Below are positions 42,975-58,020 of a stretch of DNA of 64,000 bases, piece by piece (position 1 is the first letter of the stretch; each line of letters opens with the position of its first letter). The notes under the pieces were generated by a model. That model was not told the DNA's origin. It did no database searches and saw only the letters and a list, made by a program, of their open reading frames with translations. Made by a program: the position numbers and the translations under genes. This stretch comes from the human T2T-CHM13v2.0 reference genome, Homo sapiens, in the NCBI RefSeq assembly GCF_009914755.1, contig NC_060927.1; one strand, given 5' to 3'.

Positions 42975-43070
42975 AAATAAAGTCACTTAACTTTCCAGGA
43001 TTCATTAACTAAAGCTGATGTTGCTTCTGATGCTGTTGTTAATGTCCCACAAAATTAATCTAACAATACC
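42975..43070 (-). ncRNA. MIR569: MIR569 precursor hairpin (mature AGUUAAUGAAUCCUGGAAAGU at 42990-43010)
   Basis: Reverse complement matches the recalled hsa-miR-569 mature sequence and 96-nt precursor; arms pair (UUAAUUUU/AAAGUUAA, GGGA/UCCU, CAUUAAC/GUUAAUG); MIR569 is known to lie in a TNIK intron. Confidence 0.88.
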
Positions 43071-43493
43071 TACTAACTCCTTGTTCACAAATCACACACT
43101 CTAAATTTGGAGTGTCCTAGAATGATGTCTCTTTTCTTGTTAGTAAAACTGCTGAGAGCCATTCCCTAGCAAGGCTGGCAAGTACAGGTTTGCTATTGGA
43201 AGATACTGGAAGGAGAAACTGCCATTAATAAAGCATGAATACTTGTCATTAGCCAGACTGGAACATTGGAAAAGTGACATTTTAGCTTAGAAGGAAGGTC
43301 TCTGAAGCTATATGGGTAGGTTTGAGGGTCTTAAAGTTGGCTTCCATTTGAAGGGGCACTCCTCCCAGCAGATTGCTACAAATCTCCTCCCAGCTGATTG
43401 CTCCCATTGGCCACCTTTCTGAATGTCAACATTAGGAAATAAGTTTAATATTTACATTTTGTGAAAGCATGACCAAGAAAAGGTAATACTAAC

Positions 43494-43517
43494 CTCATCT
43501 ATAGCTTTTTTGTAGCT
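43494..43517 (-). CDS. TNIK: TNIK 24-nt alternative microexon (~exon 21): SYKKAIDE
   Basis: tttcag|AGC acceptor, GAG|gttagt donor, phase 0-0; counting back from the stop places it at aa 795-802, the recalled isoform-variable segment. Confidence 0.95.
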
Positions 43518-44375
43518 CTGAAATGAGAGGAACCCAATCCAGAAGAATCCACAGAAGGAGGAAAAGCCAGCAGAAAGGCAGCAGATTAGACACAAAATTG
43601 TAATTGTTAGTACGCAACTGATAAATACAAAAGGGCGAAGAGAATGTCAATCCAGAATGATGCAAATCCCTTCATTATTACTCTCGGTATACGTCGTTAC
43701 TTTAAGATGTTAAAAAAGAGTAAACCAAAAAGCTTCACGTTCATTTTACAGAAAAGATTCTCAAGAGATTTAAATAGAAAAAATGGATAGTAATTCATCC
43801 CAAATTAATTTTCAACTTTCAAATTTTAGCCTCCATACTCCTCTTTAAGGCTACCTGGGGGTCTATCATGTTACAGCAGTGAAGCTGGATGCTAAGTTGT
43901 TACGACGCCTGTTGGACCCTGCTTAAAAAGTTTGGTCCAGAAAATATAGTCCTGGAGGCATGAAAAATAGCAGAAAAACTGTAATATTAATTCATGTGGA
44001 AAATAATATGGGGAAAGAGTAGAAGAGATTAGAGAAGTTCATAGAAAGTACCCAAGTCTCTTTAACTGCTACTTTCAACATCTTTTTGCCAAAGTTGCTG
44101 AGTAGAAATTATGGAATGATAGGAGTTGTTTCTCTTCCTGTTTTATAGTTAAAGGACTGCTAATGATCAGCAAATAGCCAAAGGCAGAGGAGTCAATCCA
44201 AGATCTCTTCGGTTCTTTCCTAATCAGGTATGACTTTCTTCGGGATGTTTCTAGCATCCGTTCTTACTAATCTCAACAATTTTTGTTTGCATCATGAGTG
44301 TATCCCCAACTACTTAATCCTGTGGGTTCTCTGGTAAATTAAGAGTTCAAAACTCTTGGAGAGAAAAGCACTCAC

Positions 44376-44473
44376 AGCTGGTCGACTGGGCCGGGTAATG
44401 TCCCTGGATTCTTCTGGTTTCACCTTGGCAGGCTCATGGGGGAGCACAGGTGATCCTTCTGACTTACTGTTGG
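44376..44473 (-). CDS. TNIK: TNIK exon (~20): (A)NSKSEGSPVLPHEPAKVKPEESRDITRPSRPA, including the S764 phosphosite
   Basis: cctctag|CC acceptor, GCT|gtgagt donor, 98 nt. Confidence 0.96.
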
Positions 44474-45489
44474 CTAGAGGAAAAAAACAGAGGACCAAGA
44501 AAGAGATGGCCATCAAAAAGTGCTGGCTCAAGTTCTGAATGAATTATCTGTGATGTGTCATCACATTGAGATTACTCAGTGGACACGTCATTCACCTGGG
44601 CAAATCCTCAAGAAACATCCATGAAAAATATAATGTTCAGGCAAACACATTTAGGCTTGTGACCTGGAAATCACTAGTAACAATTAAAAAAAAAAGAAAT
44701 GTAGCAAGTACTATCACCACTAGAGCACTTCTTATGTGTCAGGCATAGTGCTAAATGCTTTCCATGTCAATTATCTCATTTAATCCTCACTCCAACCCAA
44801 TGATATGGCACTATTCTCCTATTTTACAGAACACAGATTTACAAAGATGACACAACTGTCCGGAGGTCACACTGAAATTATAGACAGAGCTGGAGTTCTG
44901 ATTTCTGAAAGTCCTATTCTCAGTCACTATGCTAAATGAGCCTCTAAGGTTCTATGCTTGTTTTCTTCTTTTATCATTTGTCCAATCAGGATAGGTTATT
45001 TTGTTGAAATTTTGTGAGGGAAAAAAAATTTATTTTATTTGGTGGAACGGTTTTTAATTGGAGATGGGAGTGGTCTCAGCCCTTTAAAAATAAAAGAATG
45101 AGGTGAGGGCAAGAAGGGGGTTGTTATAGGAGAAGGGCCCTAGGCTGGAGGTACAGAGCAAGGTCAAGGGGACCCTGACAGCTGCAGAGTGAATAGCATC
45201 TTTGCAGTCTATGAGCTTACAGATAGAGAAGATGCAATTTAGGGTAGGAGAGGTGGTTTTTATTTCTTAAAAAGTAGTCTTTCTTGGACAGGGACATACC
45301 AGGGATACAACAGCCCTTTTAATCCGGAAGAACGAGGGGCTGAAGGAAATAAAAAGTAAGCCTGAACCAGACCAGAGAATTAAAATGGTATGCGTTTAAG
45401 TTTGGTTTATTTAAATATTTGCTCTAAGAATATGAAGTTGCCTATAAATAGAAAAAAGATAACAGAATGGCTGTTTTCTTTCTTTAGGT

Positions 45490-45636
45490 GTTTTAGAGAT
45501 GGGGCTCTGTCACCTAGGCTGGAGCGCAGTGGGGCCATCATAGCTCACTGCAGCCTTGAACTCCTGAGCTTAAGCAATTCTTCTACCTCGGCCTTCCGGG
45601 TACCTAGGACTACAGGCGTAAGCCACTACATCTGGT
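45490..45636 (-). mobile_element. Alu monomer (FRAM/AluJ right-arm-like)
   Basis: ctgtcacctaggctggagcgcagtgg...catagctcactgcagccttgaactcctg. Confidence 0.8.
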
Positions 45637-46204
45637 AGTTTTCTAAATTAAGGAAATTTATATTTCGATCAAGGCAACAAAGACATACAGTAGATACTTC
45701 TGAGATGTGCCACTAATCAGAAGAATGCATATAGAGGCAGCTGTTGGCTAGTCCATATCCCAATCCAGAGACGTGAACATCAATCACATGTTAGATATCA
45801 AGCTTTTTAAAATGGAAATAGAGTGATTTATTTAAAACCCTGAAAGGGTGTTAGGAGATAAACTAAGGGTATTAGGAGGTGGTATGTAATAAAGAGTCTA
45901 AGAAAGAAAAAAGAACTGAAGGTTCTCATGAGGCTTTCATCAGACAGAGAAACTTATAAGTATGTTAATATTTGTCAAATTGCAATTAAAGTACTGGTCT
46001 TCATCACTTAGAAGCAAAATTATCTTCTGAAGAAGTTGATTCAGAAGGAGTGAATTTTAACTAGCTAGAAACAATGTATTATTATGTATCAGCACCTGGA
46101 AATAATAATGTTTTTCATAGGCCTCCCCATTACTGGAAACTAAACAATGATGAATAATTTGAATTAAATATTTAGAGAGGCTAATTTTTACTTAATAGGA
46201 ATAA

Positions 46205-46517
<313 letters not shown>

Positions 46518-47024
46518 TAAATATGCTTTTTAAGTCAAAGATTTTATTCCTTCCTTCAAGTGTATTCTACATTAGTCTTTACTGAATTTCATTTTGAGAA
46601 ATACATGGTATTCTGAACTGTGTATATGAACTATGTTCAGAATACTAAACAGGACAATTGGTGCAATGCGTTCAGGACATTTGTGGGTACATGAAACTCT
46701 AAAAACCGGCAATCAAACAGAAACAGAAATTCAGGTGACTGGTAAGTGACTGTATTTTCAAATAAGACTGATATTTGGTGATCTCCCTGGAAAACACTGG
46801 TATCTGAGATTAGAAAGGATTTTGTCCATACTGATGGCACACACACAATTAGGGACAGTGGCCCACTCCCGAGGAGACTGGGGTTGAGAGCAGTTGACAG
46901 GCTCTTCAGGATCACACAGTGGTGGCCATGCCTGGACTAGAGTCAGGAAGTAACTAACCTTTTTCCCTGTCCACAGCTTTCCTCCCAGGCAGTATTGCCA
47001 GGTAAAGGTAAGAGAAAGTTTTAC

Positions 47025-47188
47025 CTCGAACTCTGGTGCGTTCACTGGATCCTGCTTGTGATCCAGGCTGGGAGCCTCCTTGGGAGCTGGGCTGGGAGCT
47101 AGGGGTGCTGGAGCTGGAGGAACTGCCACTGCTGGTCCTCTGCAAGGGGCTCTCCAAGATGGGCTCAGTTCTCCGGAGATCAGGGTTG
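47025..47188 (-). CDS. TNIK: TNIK exon (~19): (S)NPDLRRTEPILESPLQRTSSGSSSSSSTPSSQPSSQGGSQPGSQAGSSERTRVR
   Basis: cacacag|C acceptor, GAG|gtaaaa donor, 164 nt; inside ORF 46954..47292. Confidence 0.96.
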
Positions 47189-47235
47189 CTGTGTGAGTGA
47201 CAGAGCACACTGGTTACACTCTCCAGACCTTGCCA

Positions 47236-48535
47236 GTTTTGCAGATCACATATCTGATAAGGTTTAATACCCAAAATATGTAAGGAACTCAAAACAGCTC
47301 AATAGCAAGAAAACGAATAACCCAATTAAAAATGGGGAAAGGACCTGAATAGACATTTCTTAAAAGGAGACATGCAGATAGCCAATAGGAATATGAAAAA
47401 AATGATCAGCATCACTAATCATCAGGGAAATGCAAATTAAAACCACAATGAGCCAGGCACAGTGGCTGTCACCTATAACCCCAGCACTTTGGAAGGCTCA
47501 GGTGGGAGGATCACTTGAGGCCAGGAGTTCAAGACCAGCCTGGGCAACATAGTGAGATCCCATCTCCACAAAAAAATTAGCTGGGCATAGTGGCATGTGC
47601 CTGTCCTCCCACTTACATGAGAGGCTGAGGTGGGAGGGTCACTTGACCCCAGGAGGTCAAGGCTTCAGTGAGCCATGATCACGCCACTGCACTCCAGCCT
47701 GGGCAACAGAGTGAGACCATGTCTCAAAAAATAAAAACATAAATTTAAAAACCCCACCAAACCACAATGAGATATGACCTCATACCTATTAGAATGGCTG
47801 TTTTCAAAAGACAAAAGATAATGAGTGTTGGTGAGGATGCAGAGAAGAGGGAACCCTTGTACCCTGTTGGTGAGAATGTAAAATAGTACAGCCAGTACGG
47901 AAAACAGTATGAAGGTTCCGCAAAAGACTAAAAATAGAATTATCATAGGATCCAGAGATTCCACTTCTGGATATATATCCAAAGGAAATGAAATCAGTAC
48001 ATTGAAGAGGTAGCTGTACTCCCATGCTCAGTGCAGCACTATTCACAGTAGCCACAATATGGAATCAACCTAAGTGTGTGTCCACTGAAGAATGAATGGA
48101 TAAAGAAAATGTGATATATCTCTCTCTCAAAAAGACAAATACTACATGATCTCACTTATAGGTGGAATCTACAAATACCGAACTCATAGAAACAGAGAGT
48201 AGAATGATAGTTGCCAGGGGATCTAGGAAGGAGAGAGAATGGGAAGATGTTGGTCAAAGGTTACAGTTTCACTTGGACAGCATGAGTAACTTTTGGAAAT
48301 CTACTGTACACCATGGTGAGTACAGATCATAACGAGGTATACTTGAAAATTGCGAAGATAGTAGATCTTAAATGTCATCAGAAAAAAATGATAACTATGT
48401 GAGGTGATGGATATATTGATTAACTTGATTTTAGTAATCATTTCACAGTGTATACATATATCAAAACATCATGTTATACACTGTAAATAGATATACTTTT
48501 TATTTGTCAATCATACCTCAGTAAAGCTAGGGGGG
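47236..48535 (+). mobile_element. Old L1 (L1MA/MB-like) 3' fragment, interrupted by an AluJ
   Basis: ORF2 end (atctgataagg...gaaatgcaaattaaaaccacaatgag) and L1M 3'UTR ending ttatttgtcaatcatacctcagtaaagctagggg. Confidence 0.8.
47452..47745 (+). mobile_element. Alu (AluJ-like) inserted in L1
   Basis: AluJ-type gaggtcaaggcttcagtgagccatgatc; TSD aaaccacaatgag. Confidence 0.9.
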
Positions 48536-49634
48536 ACAAAATCTTGCCATTGGTAGACACAAGCATAGTCCCGTCCCCAGTGCAAGGAAGTAAAAAGAGC
48601 ACTTACAAGACCTTGAGAGGAAGGGGTCAACAGAAGATGACAGTCATGCCTTCCTCTGTAGAGTTCCTGACCAGCTACTGGATGTGTACAGGATGAACTC
48701 TTGTTCATCACATTGAAAATACTAGCTCTGGATGGTGAATCTTCAAAGAAAGCTTTCTTACAAACATTTTTTTCTGTGCTCATTGTAAAAAGTCTTGAAA
48801 AATATTAAAAGGGAAAAAATAAGGAAGGAACACACATAATCTCTGCACCAGGAGATACTCAACTATATTTTACTATTGTACATGATCTCACTTATGCGTG
48901 GAATCTACAAACATCAAACTCACAGAAACAATAGAATGAGAGTTGCTGGGGTTTTTTTCTTTTGTATCTATCTATAGAAGCATACTGCATATTCAGTTTT
49001 TTTTTTCCTTTTTATATATGGAAGCATAGTGTATATTCAGTTTTGCATCTTGCTTTTTTCCCTTAACTGCATTGTGAGCATATTCTTATGCTGTGTAATA
49101 GCTTCATTAATTGTCTATTATATAGATGAGTTACTTGACCATTTCTCTGCTGTTAAATATTAAGGTGCTTCCAATACATTGCTGTGACACATAACAGTGA
49201 AACAATAATCTCCCTGTACACAAATAGCCAATCACATTTCTATTTCCTGAGATTAGAATTCTTGGGTGAAAAGGCCTAAGTTTGGGGTGTGTGCATGTGT
49301 GTGTGCATATGTATGAGTGTATAAAGGTATGACAGATTTTCACTGAAGTAAATGTGATGGTCCATTTCACTCCATACAAGGTTTTATACTAAATTGTATC
49401 TCATTATTTAGGTACAGTTTTAAAAAGTGACTACTGAGGTAGAAGAATTTTTATTCATATTTGTTTGCCATTTGTAATTTCTCTTCTGTGAATTGCTTAA
49501 TTAAATCCTTTGTTCATGTAGCTTGTGGAGTCTTTGTATTTTTTTTTATTATCTTCTTGCAGGAAGTCTTTATATGCTTAGGCTATTACCGACGGGTAGA
49601 CGATTTTTGGATAATTATTATAAAATGCTAATTC

Positions 49635-49934
49635 GGCCAGGCACGGTGGCTCACGCCTGTAATCCCATCACTTTGGGAGGCCAAGGCAGGCAGATCACGA
49701 GGTCAGGAGATCGAGACCATCCTGGCTAACACAGTGAAACCCCATCTCTACTAAAAATACAAAAAAATTAGCTGGGCGTGGTGGCAGGTGCCTGTATTCT
49801 CAGCTAGTTGAGAGGCTGAGGCAGGAGAATGGCGTGAATCCAGGAGGCAGAGCTTGCAGTGAGCGGAGATCGCGCTACTGCACTCTAGCCTGGGAGACAG
49901 AGCGAGACTCTGTCTGTCTCGAAAAAAAAAAAAA
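49635..49934 (+). mobile_element. Alu (AluY-like)
   Basis: Alu dimer with A-tail; degenerate TSD gc(t/a)aattc. Confidence 0.93.
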
Positions 49935-52900
49935 GCAAATTCAAGACCAAATTTGTTGGTAGGCTACTACTCCCATTAAAAATATATATATATATTACTG
50001 TATTTGTCTTCATATATTTATTCCCACCAAAAAAAGCAGTATTCATTCACTCAGTTATTCTATACCAGGCACTGGGTCAAGCATTTGAGATATGATAATG
50101 AACGGGACACAGCCTGTGCCCTCTGTGAGCTTAGCTGGATATACACAGCCCATTTCAACATGCTTTGCCTGCGTTGAGCACAGAGCCATATGGAAGCATG
50201 AGGCAGGACCACCTAGGCCAATTTTGGCCATCAGGGGAGCTGTACCCAAACAGGAGACATCTAAGCAGTGGTGCTGGGAGGCAGCTGCTGAGGATTTTAC
50301 GATTTTGTTAAAAAAAAAAAAAAAAAAGCAGCATTCTCAAGGCTTCTATAAAGCTCTTTCTTTGAAATTTATAACTCATAGGCTTTTTTTTATTTTATTT
50401 TTCTGTTAGATTTACACAATGCTGGGCATGGATAATTTAGGGAGACCTGAAACTCAGAGCTCAAATCTATCGCCTTCCAGATGCTGAGAAGAGAAACATC
50501 TGATGTCAGCTTCCTCTCTGTTCCTAACATCTTCAGTTCCCCAAACAGACTTTGTTAACAGTTATCATACAGCTATGATTTTAATGCCGTGAGATATTAT
50601 ATTAAAATGTAATTTTATGCTTTAACTTTGCTCTGCCCAGTTTAAGAGTACCAAGTATGTATCAGGCACTCTGTACTGTGTTGGATGTTAGATGTTTCTC
50701 CCATAAATTTGGATATGACCCCTTCCTTTGAGATACTTTTAGTTTAGTCTACCAGTAACCCAGTCACAATGGCAACTTTATAAGCAGCAATTAAACCAAC
50801 TAATTTCTTTCTGAAAACTCAAGAATCTTGCTTTGTGGTAATGTATCTGTCAAAAACATTTGATTGAGTAGAAATAGACCATGACTGTGGAAAAATGCAG
50901 TGAAAAACGTATGTACAAATAAATATGTTCTCATGATTCATTAATATGATCATATAAATGTAGACCCTAATCATATTATCTTTGAAACTTTTGTGGTAAA
51001 AGGGTTGCTAAGTCAACTTAACAGTAAAATCAGTTGCAGAGTGATCATTGGTAAACTTAAGAAAAACTTCCAATAATGGCATTCCTTTGTGAAGTAACTA
51101 TTTTTATGACAATTGTTCATATCAAATTGACTAAAATAGATTTGGATCCATACTGGAAATACCCTTCATTTAGAAAATGTCTAAAATGATAAATGTGTAA
51201 TAGCTCTGAAATAATCTACATTTCAAATTTTTCATTTTTTAAAATAAATAATCTCTTTTAATTCCCAAATAGCGAATTCTTCCACACTGCCCTGTTTTAT
51301 TAAACAATAGTGGTCAAAAATTATTATGCATAATTAAATAATTCCAAAAAAACTTGCTCTAAAAAATGTACTGCTCACCAACTGTATTACAGATTTAAGA
51401 ATGATGAGCATGTTAAGGTTTCTTGGAGTTGCTCTCATTTTGTGGAACGGTAATGTAGTATTCTTTGTATTACAAAAAAATAAATAAAAAATCTCTTGAG
51501 AGGAGGGTAGCTGGTGATAAATGCTCTGAGTTTTCTTCCCTGGTGGTTGTGGTGTGGTAGCAGGATAGAGCTACTTGTTCTAATGTAGCACTCCTTTGAT
51601 TATTTAGCCAAAACCTTTGTGTTAAGCACCAACTTTGTGAAACTTACCGGACCAGGATTAGGGATGGAGGAGAAGCACAAGCCACAGGGCATACAGTCAA
51701 GTTACAACACAATCATGGAGATGAGACTTATGCAGAGGGGACAATAGGGAGCATGGCAAAACTGTATGTTGTGTATGAAAGAGACTAAGTATTGTTGGAG
51801 TTTGGGGAACCATTAGTGCAGACTGGTATGGTTGATGGCAGTGTTATGAAGGAGCAAGAACTTGACTGGGTGTTGTAGCAGGAAGGCTGGGGAACAGTCG
51901 GAGCAGACATAGGGCTGGGTTGTTTTTCCTGATGCATGTGGGTGCAGAGATGACACTGGCCAAATCAAGTACCAAATCTGTATTAGGAAACACTGGGAGA
52001 GTGGAGTGATCAGAAGAAAAGGGTGAGTTGTATAACCATGGCCTTTAAAGCCTAGAGGAGAATGTGTACCTCCCACAGTACACGTGAACGACTGACCAGG
52101 AGAGAGGCAGGCAGACTAGTTAGGAGGCTGCTGCCAAGTCAGATGATGAGGCCTGGGCAGTGATGTCCTGTGTGAAAAAGAGCATGGGCATTAGCAGAAG
52201 CAGCTGGGATGAGCCTACATCCTGACTGGGCTCAGAGTCTCATCCTGTGTGAAGCTAATTGGATCCCATGGGCATTAAATCCCTGACCAGGGCCTCATTA
52301 GTACAAGTTCTCCTCACCAGAGCTAACCAGTGTGGGTGCTGATCTTAATAGGTTGCTATTTTTGCTGCTGGAGACTGAAAGAAGTATTTAGTCTCTATGT
52401 TACCACACATAGAAATAGGGAAAACTTTACAATGCCTTTTCTACCTTTTCTTTTGGTAAAACATGAGTAGTTTGAGAAAATGTCATGCTGTTCACATTTT
52501 TCTCTCCTTCATTATGTATTAAATGATCTGGCCTTGGGGCTGTGGGGTCTGAGATGAATGCTCTTAAGAGGATCAATTTCAGAAGAATCCCATGAAATAA
52601 TAGATATCCCTTGTTCACATCTTAACTGAGCCTATTCAGATCCGAATGTGTAAAAACCTGAAAACATCCAAATGGATTTCTTTAAATGCTAACTTTTAGT
52701 TCAGACATTTGCCATCCTGCAGATAATGCTGCTAGGTCTATAAAACTCACAGTAAAGTGAAAATGTGGCAATTATTCCATTCATTTGAATCATAAAAAGT
52801 CAAAACAGAAAATTGGGATTACAAAGTAATTTTGTGGCCCAAATACTTGGGCCAAGTCTTTAATTAACTGGCCAACTGCCAAATTTCACTTTACTTTGTT

Positions 52901-53998
52901 CTTTGATGACACAGCCAATGAGAAGAAATGAGTCATAAGAAAATAGGTTTGGGATGGGACAGAGAATTATTTTTTGAAATTAATCATTTAGTCATTGGGT
53001 TTGACTGGGTATTTCTGACTTAATTTGAATCTTATTCAGAATGTAATTGTTTGATCAAATTTTAATTTGCTTTAGAAAGAATACATACATCAATGTTAAG
53101 TATGAAAGTACCTGATTTTTAAAAACAGTATTTTAAAATGGTCCAATCAAATTTTGATTTGAACTTAACTGATCACCTTCACAGCATGAGGCATTTAGGA
53201 GTTTACATAGCAGGTGAGAATTGCCTATTGATATTGCAGTCTGAGCAATTCCCAGCTACATATGCATGAGAAGGAAGGACAAGGAACAGTTGCATGGGGT
53301 CAGGATGACTGTGCTATCTCCCAGACTTTAGCCATCTAGGAAGGGAACTATAAAAAGCATGTGATGACACTAGTTCTAGCTCCAGAAGGGAAGTGTTTGC
53401 AATATAAATGGGTCTCATGAGACAACAACTTCGAAAAGGTAGTAAATATCGCAACATAAGGGTAAATAACAATAGGATCAAGAGGAGCTGTTAACAGACT
53501 CACTGAAGCACATGGTGAGAAAGGTGGGGACAAAATGGTGCTGTGTCAGTCAAGAAATCAAGGGCTCTTTTGCCTTGGGAAAAAATGAGGCAGCAAAGCA
53601 AGCTGCACCCATGCTAAACAAATTAGCACAGAATGGTGCTTAAGAATGTAGACTTTGGTGCAAGGTTATCAGAGCTCAAATCTTGGCTCTACCACTTACT
53701 ACTTTTGTCACCTTGGACACATGTTAATTTCAATTTCTCCTTCTGTAAAATGGTGGTGATTACAGTCAACACCTCACAGAGTTGTTACACTGCTTAAATT
53801 AGTAAATACATATATATGAGACATATGTGTATGTGTGCTCCAGAGATGTTCATTAAATACAGAAATAAATAATAAATTGCCCTGAATCAGGCAAAAGGCA
53901 AGGAACTGCAGGCATTGCCCAATAACACTTTTTTGACCAACTGATGCCTGCATAGCTGTACCTGCTCAATAATGTATATAGTTAAAAATATGTTCTCT

Positions 53999-56263
<2,265 letters not shown>

Positions 56264-56564
56264 GTGTTCTCCATAGGGCTCTTTTGGATTTGGTATGGTG
56301 CATACAGACAGTGGAAGAGTGACATAATAGGGAGTTATTTGGGGGAGAAGGAAGGATATTCAAAATAGTAAAAGCTTTACTTTTGTCCTCAAGTTACAGG
56401 TATACCGTTGCATACTGATCATTTTAATTCAAGAGTCTTCTCTTCAGGGTACTAAATAGTTTACTGATTTAAACATATGTGTCCCAAATGATCAAAAAAC
56501 ATCAAACATTCTGCAGTTACTAGAAAACATCTTGCACTTAGTAACTGGAGTTCATTACTACTAA

Positions 56565-56928
<364 letters not shown>

Positions 56929-57619
56929 TCTTTTTTTAAAAAATTGATTTAGCACAACAGTGGTTTATTTCTCACTCACATCATAATATACAGAGGTAGA
57001 ACTGGTCTCCTTGATGGTTCTCTAAGTGGTGACTTGGGGGTCCAGGTTCCTTCTGGGTTGAGACACTGTTGTCTTAAAATTGTGGTCCCTAAGTTTGCCA
57101 CAGAAGAAGAGAGAGGTTCTGCCTCTTTTAGTTAATTCAAAGCAAAATAAGAAAGTGAGGCAAGAAATATAATTTTGCCCCTACTAGTACCCGTAGTCCC
57201 AGAGAGCAGCAGGTATATTACGACCCCTGCGCCCTGGAGTCAGGCGGTTTTGGTTTGAGTCACTGGGTCCCAGGGCCACATGCAGCTTCAGTATATATTT
57301 GCTGAACTTAGCAAATGAATTAAAAACTGATAGTAACAAAACATCCTGAATCTGTCCCTTATTAGCTGTGTACTTTTTACTGCATCCATTTTAACTTTGC
57401 TAATTTTCTAGTCACCCTTGGGAATCACTTCAAAGAAAAGACTAGGAGGAAAAACAGAATATTGACCAAGTACAGGAAAGCTTGGAAGCACTGTAAAGGA
57501 CAGGTTATTTAAAAGCAACACCTTTTAAAGTGGCTTTATGGATGGATGGTTGTCTGATAAATGGCACAAAAAGAACTATACGGACTTCATTAGGACCAAC
57601 AGAGAGTAGGAGAGGTCTG

Positions 57620-58020
57620 TGTCACAGTAATGGCCCCTGGCAAATCACATCTCCCAGTGTCCATGCCCCTGTGTAGTTCCTTCCCATACTGACTCAGGGC
57701 TTAGCCAAGTGACTTGTGATGGCTAATGGGTTATCAGCAAAGATGATGCAAGCAAAGGCTTCAAAAGTACTAGCGCATTGGAGCTTTCTCTCTTGAGATG
57801 CTCTTCTGAGATCACCAAAGGGTAAAGAAGCCCAGAATGGAAGACCACGTGGAGCAAGAGGTACAGCAGAACCATCTGCTCAGTGCAACTGCACGAGTGA
57901 GCCCAGGCGAGAGCAGCTGAACTCCTTAGCCAACCCACAGCATCATGAGAAATATTAAACTGTTATTCTTTTAGGTCACTAAACTTATGGTGATTATATT
58001 GTGCAGCAAAGGTGAACTAA
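57620..58020 (+). mobile_element. MLT1 (MaLR) LTR, MLT1F/G/H-like
   Basis: tcccatactgactcagggcttagccaagtgacttg and cagccaacccacagcatcatgagaaat...ttttaggtcactaaact motifs. Confidence 0.7.

Noticed and set aside
51648-51761. Possible poison exon (catacag| ... CCG|gtaagt) with an in-frame stop
   Set aside because: Weak acceptor tract in probable degenerate L2-like sequence; indistinguishable from background pseudo-exons
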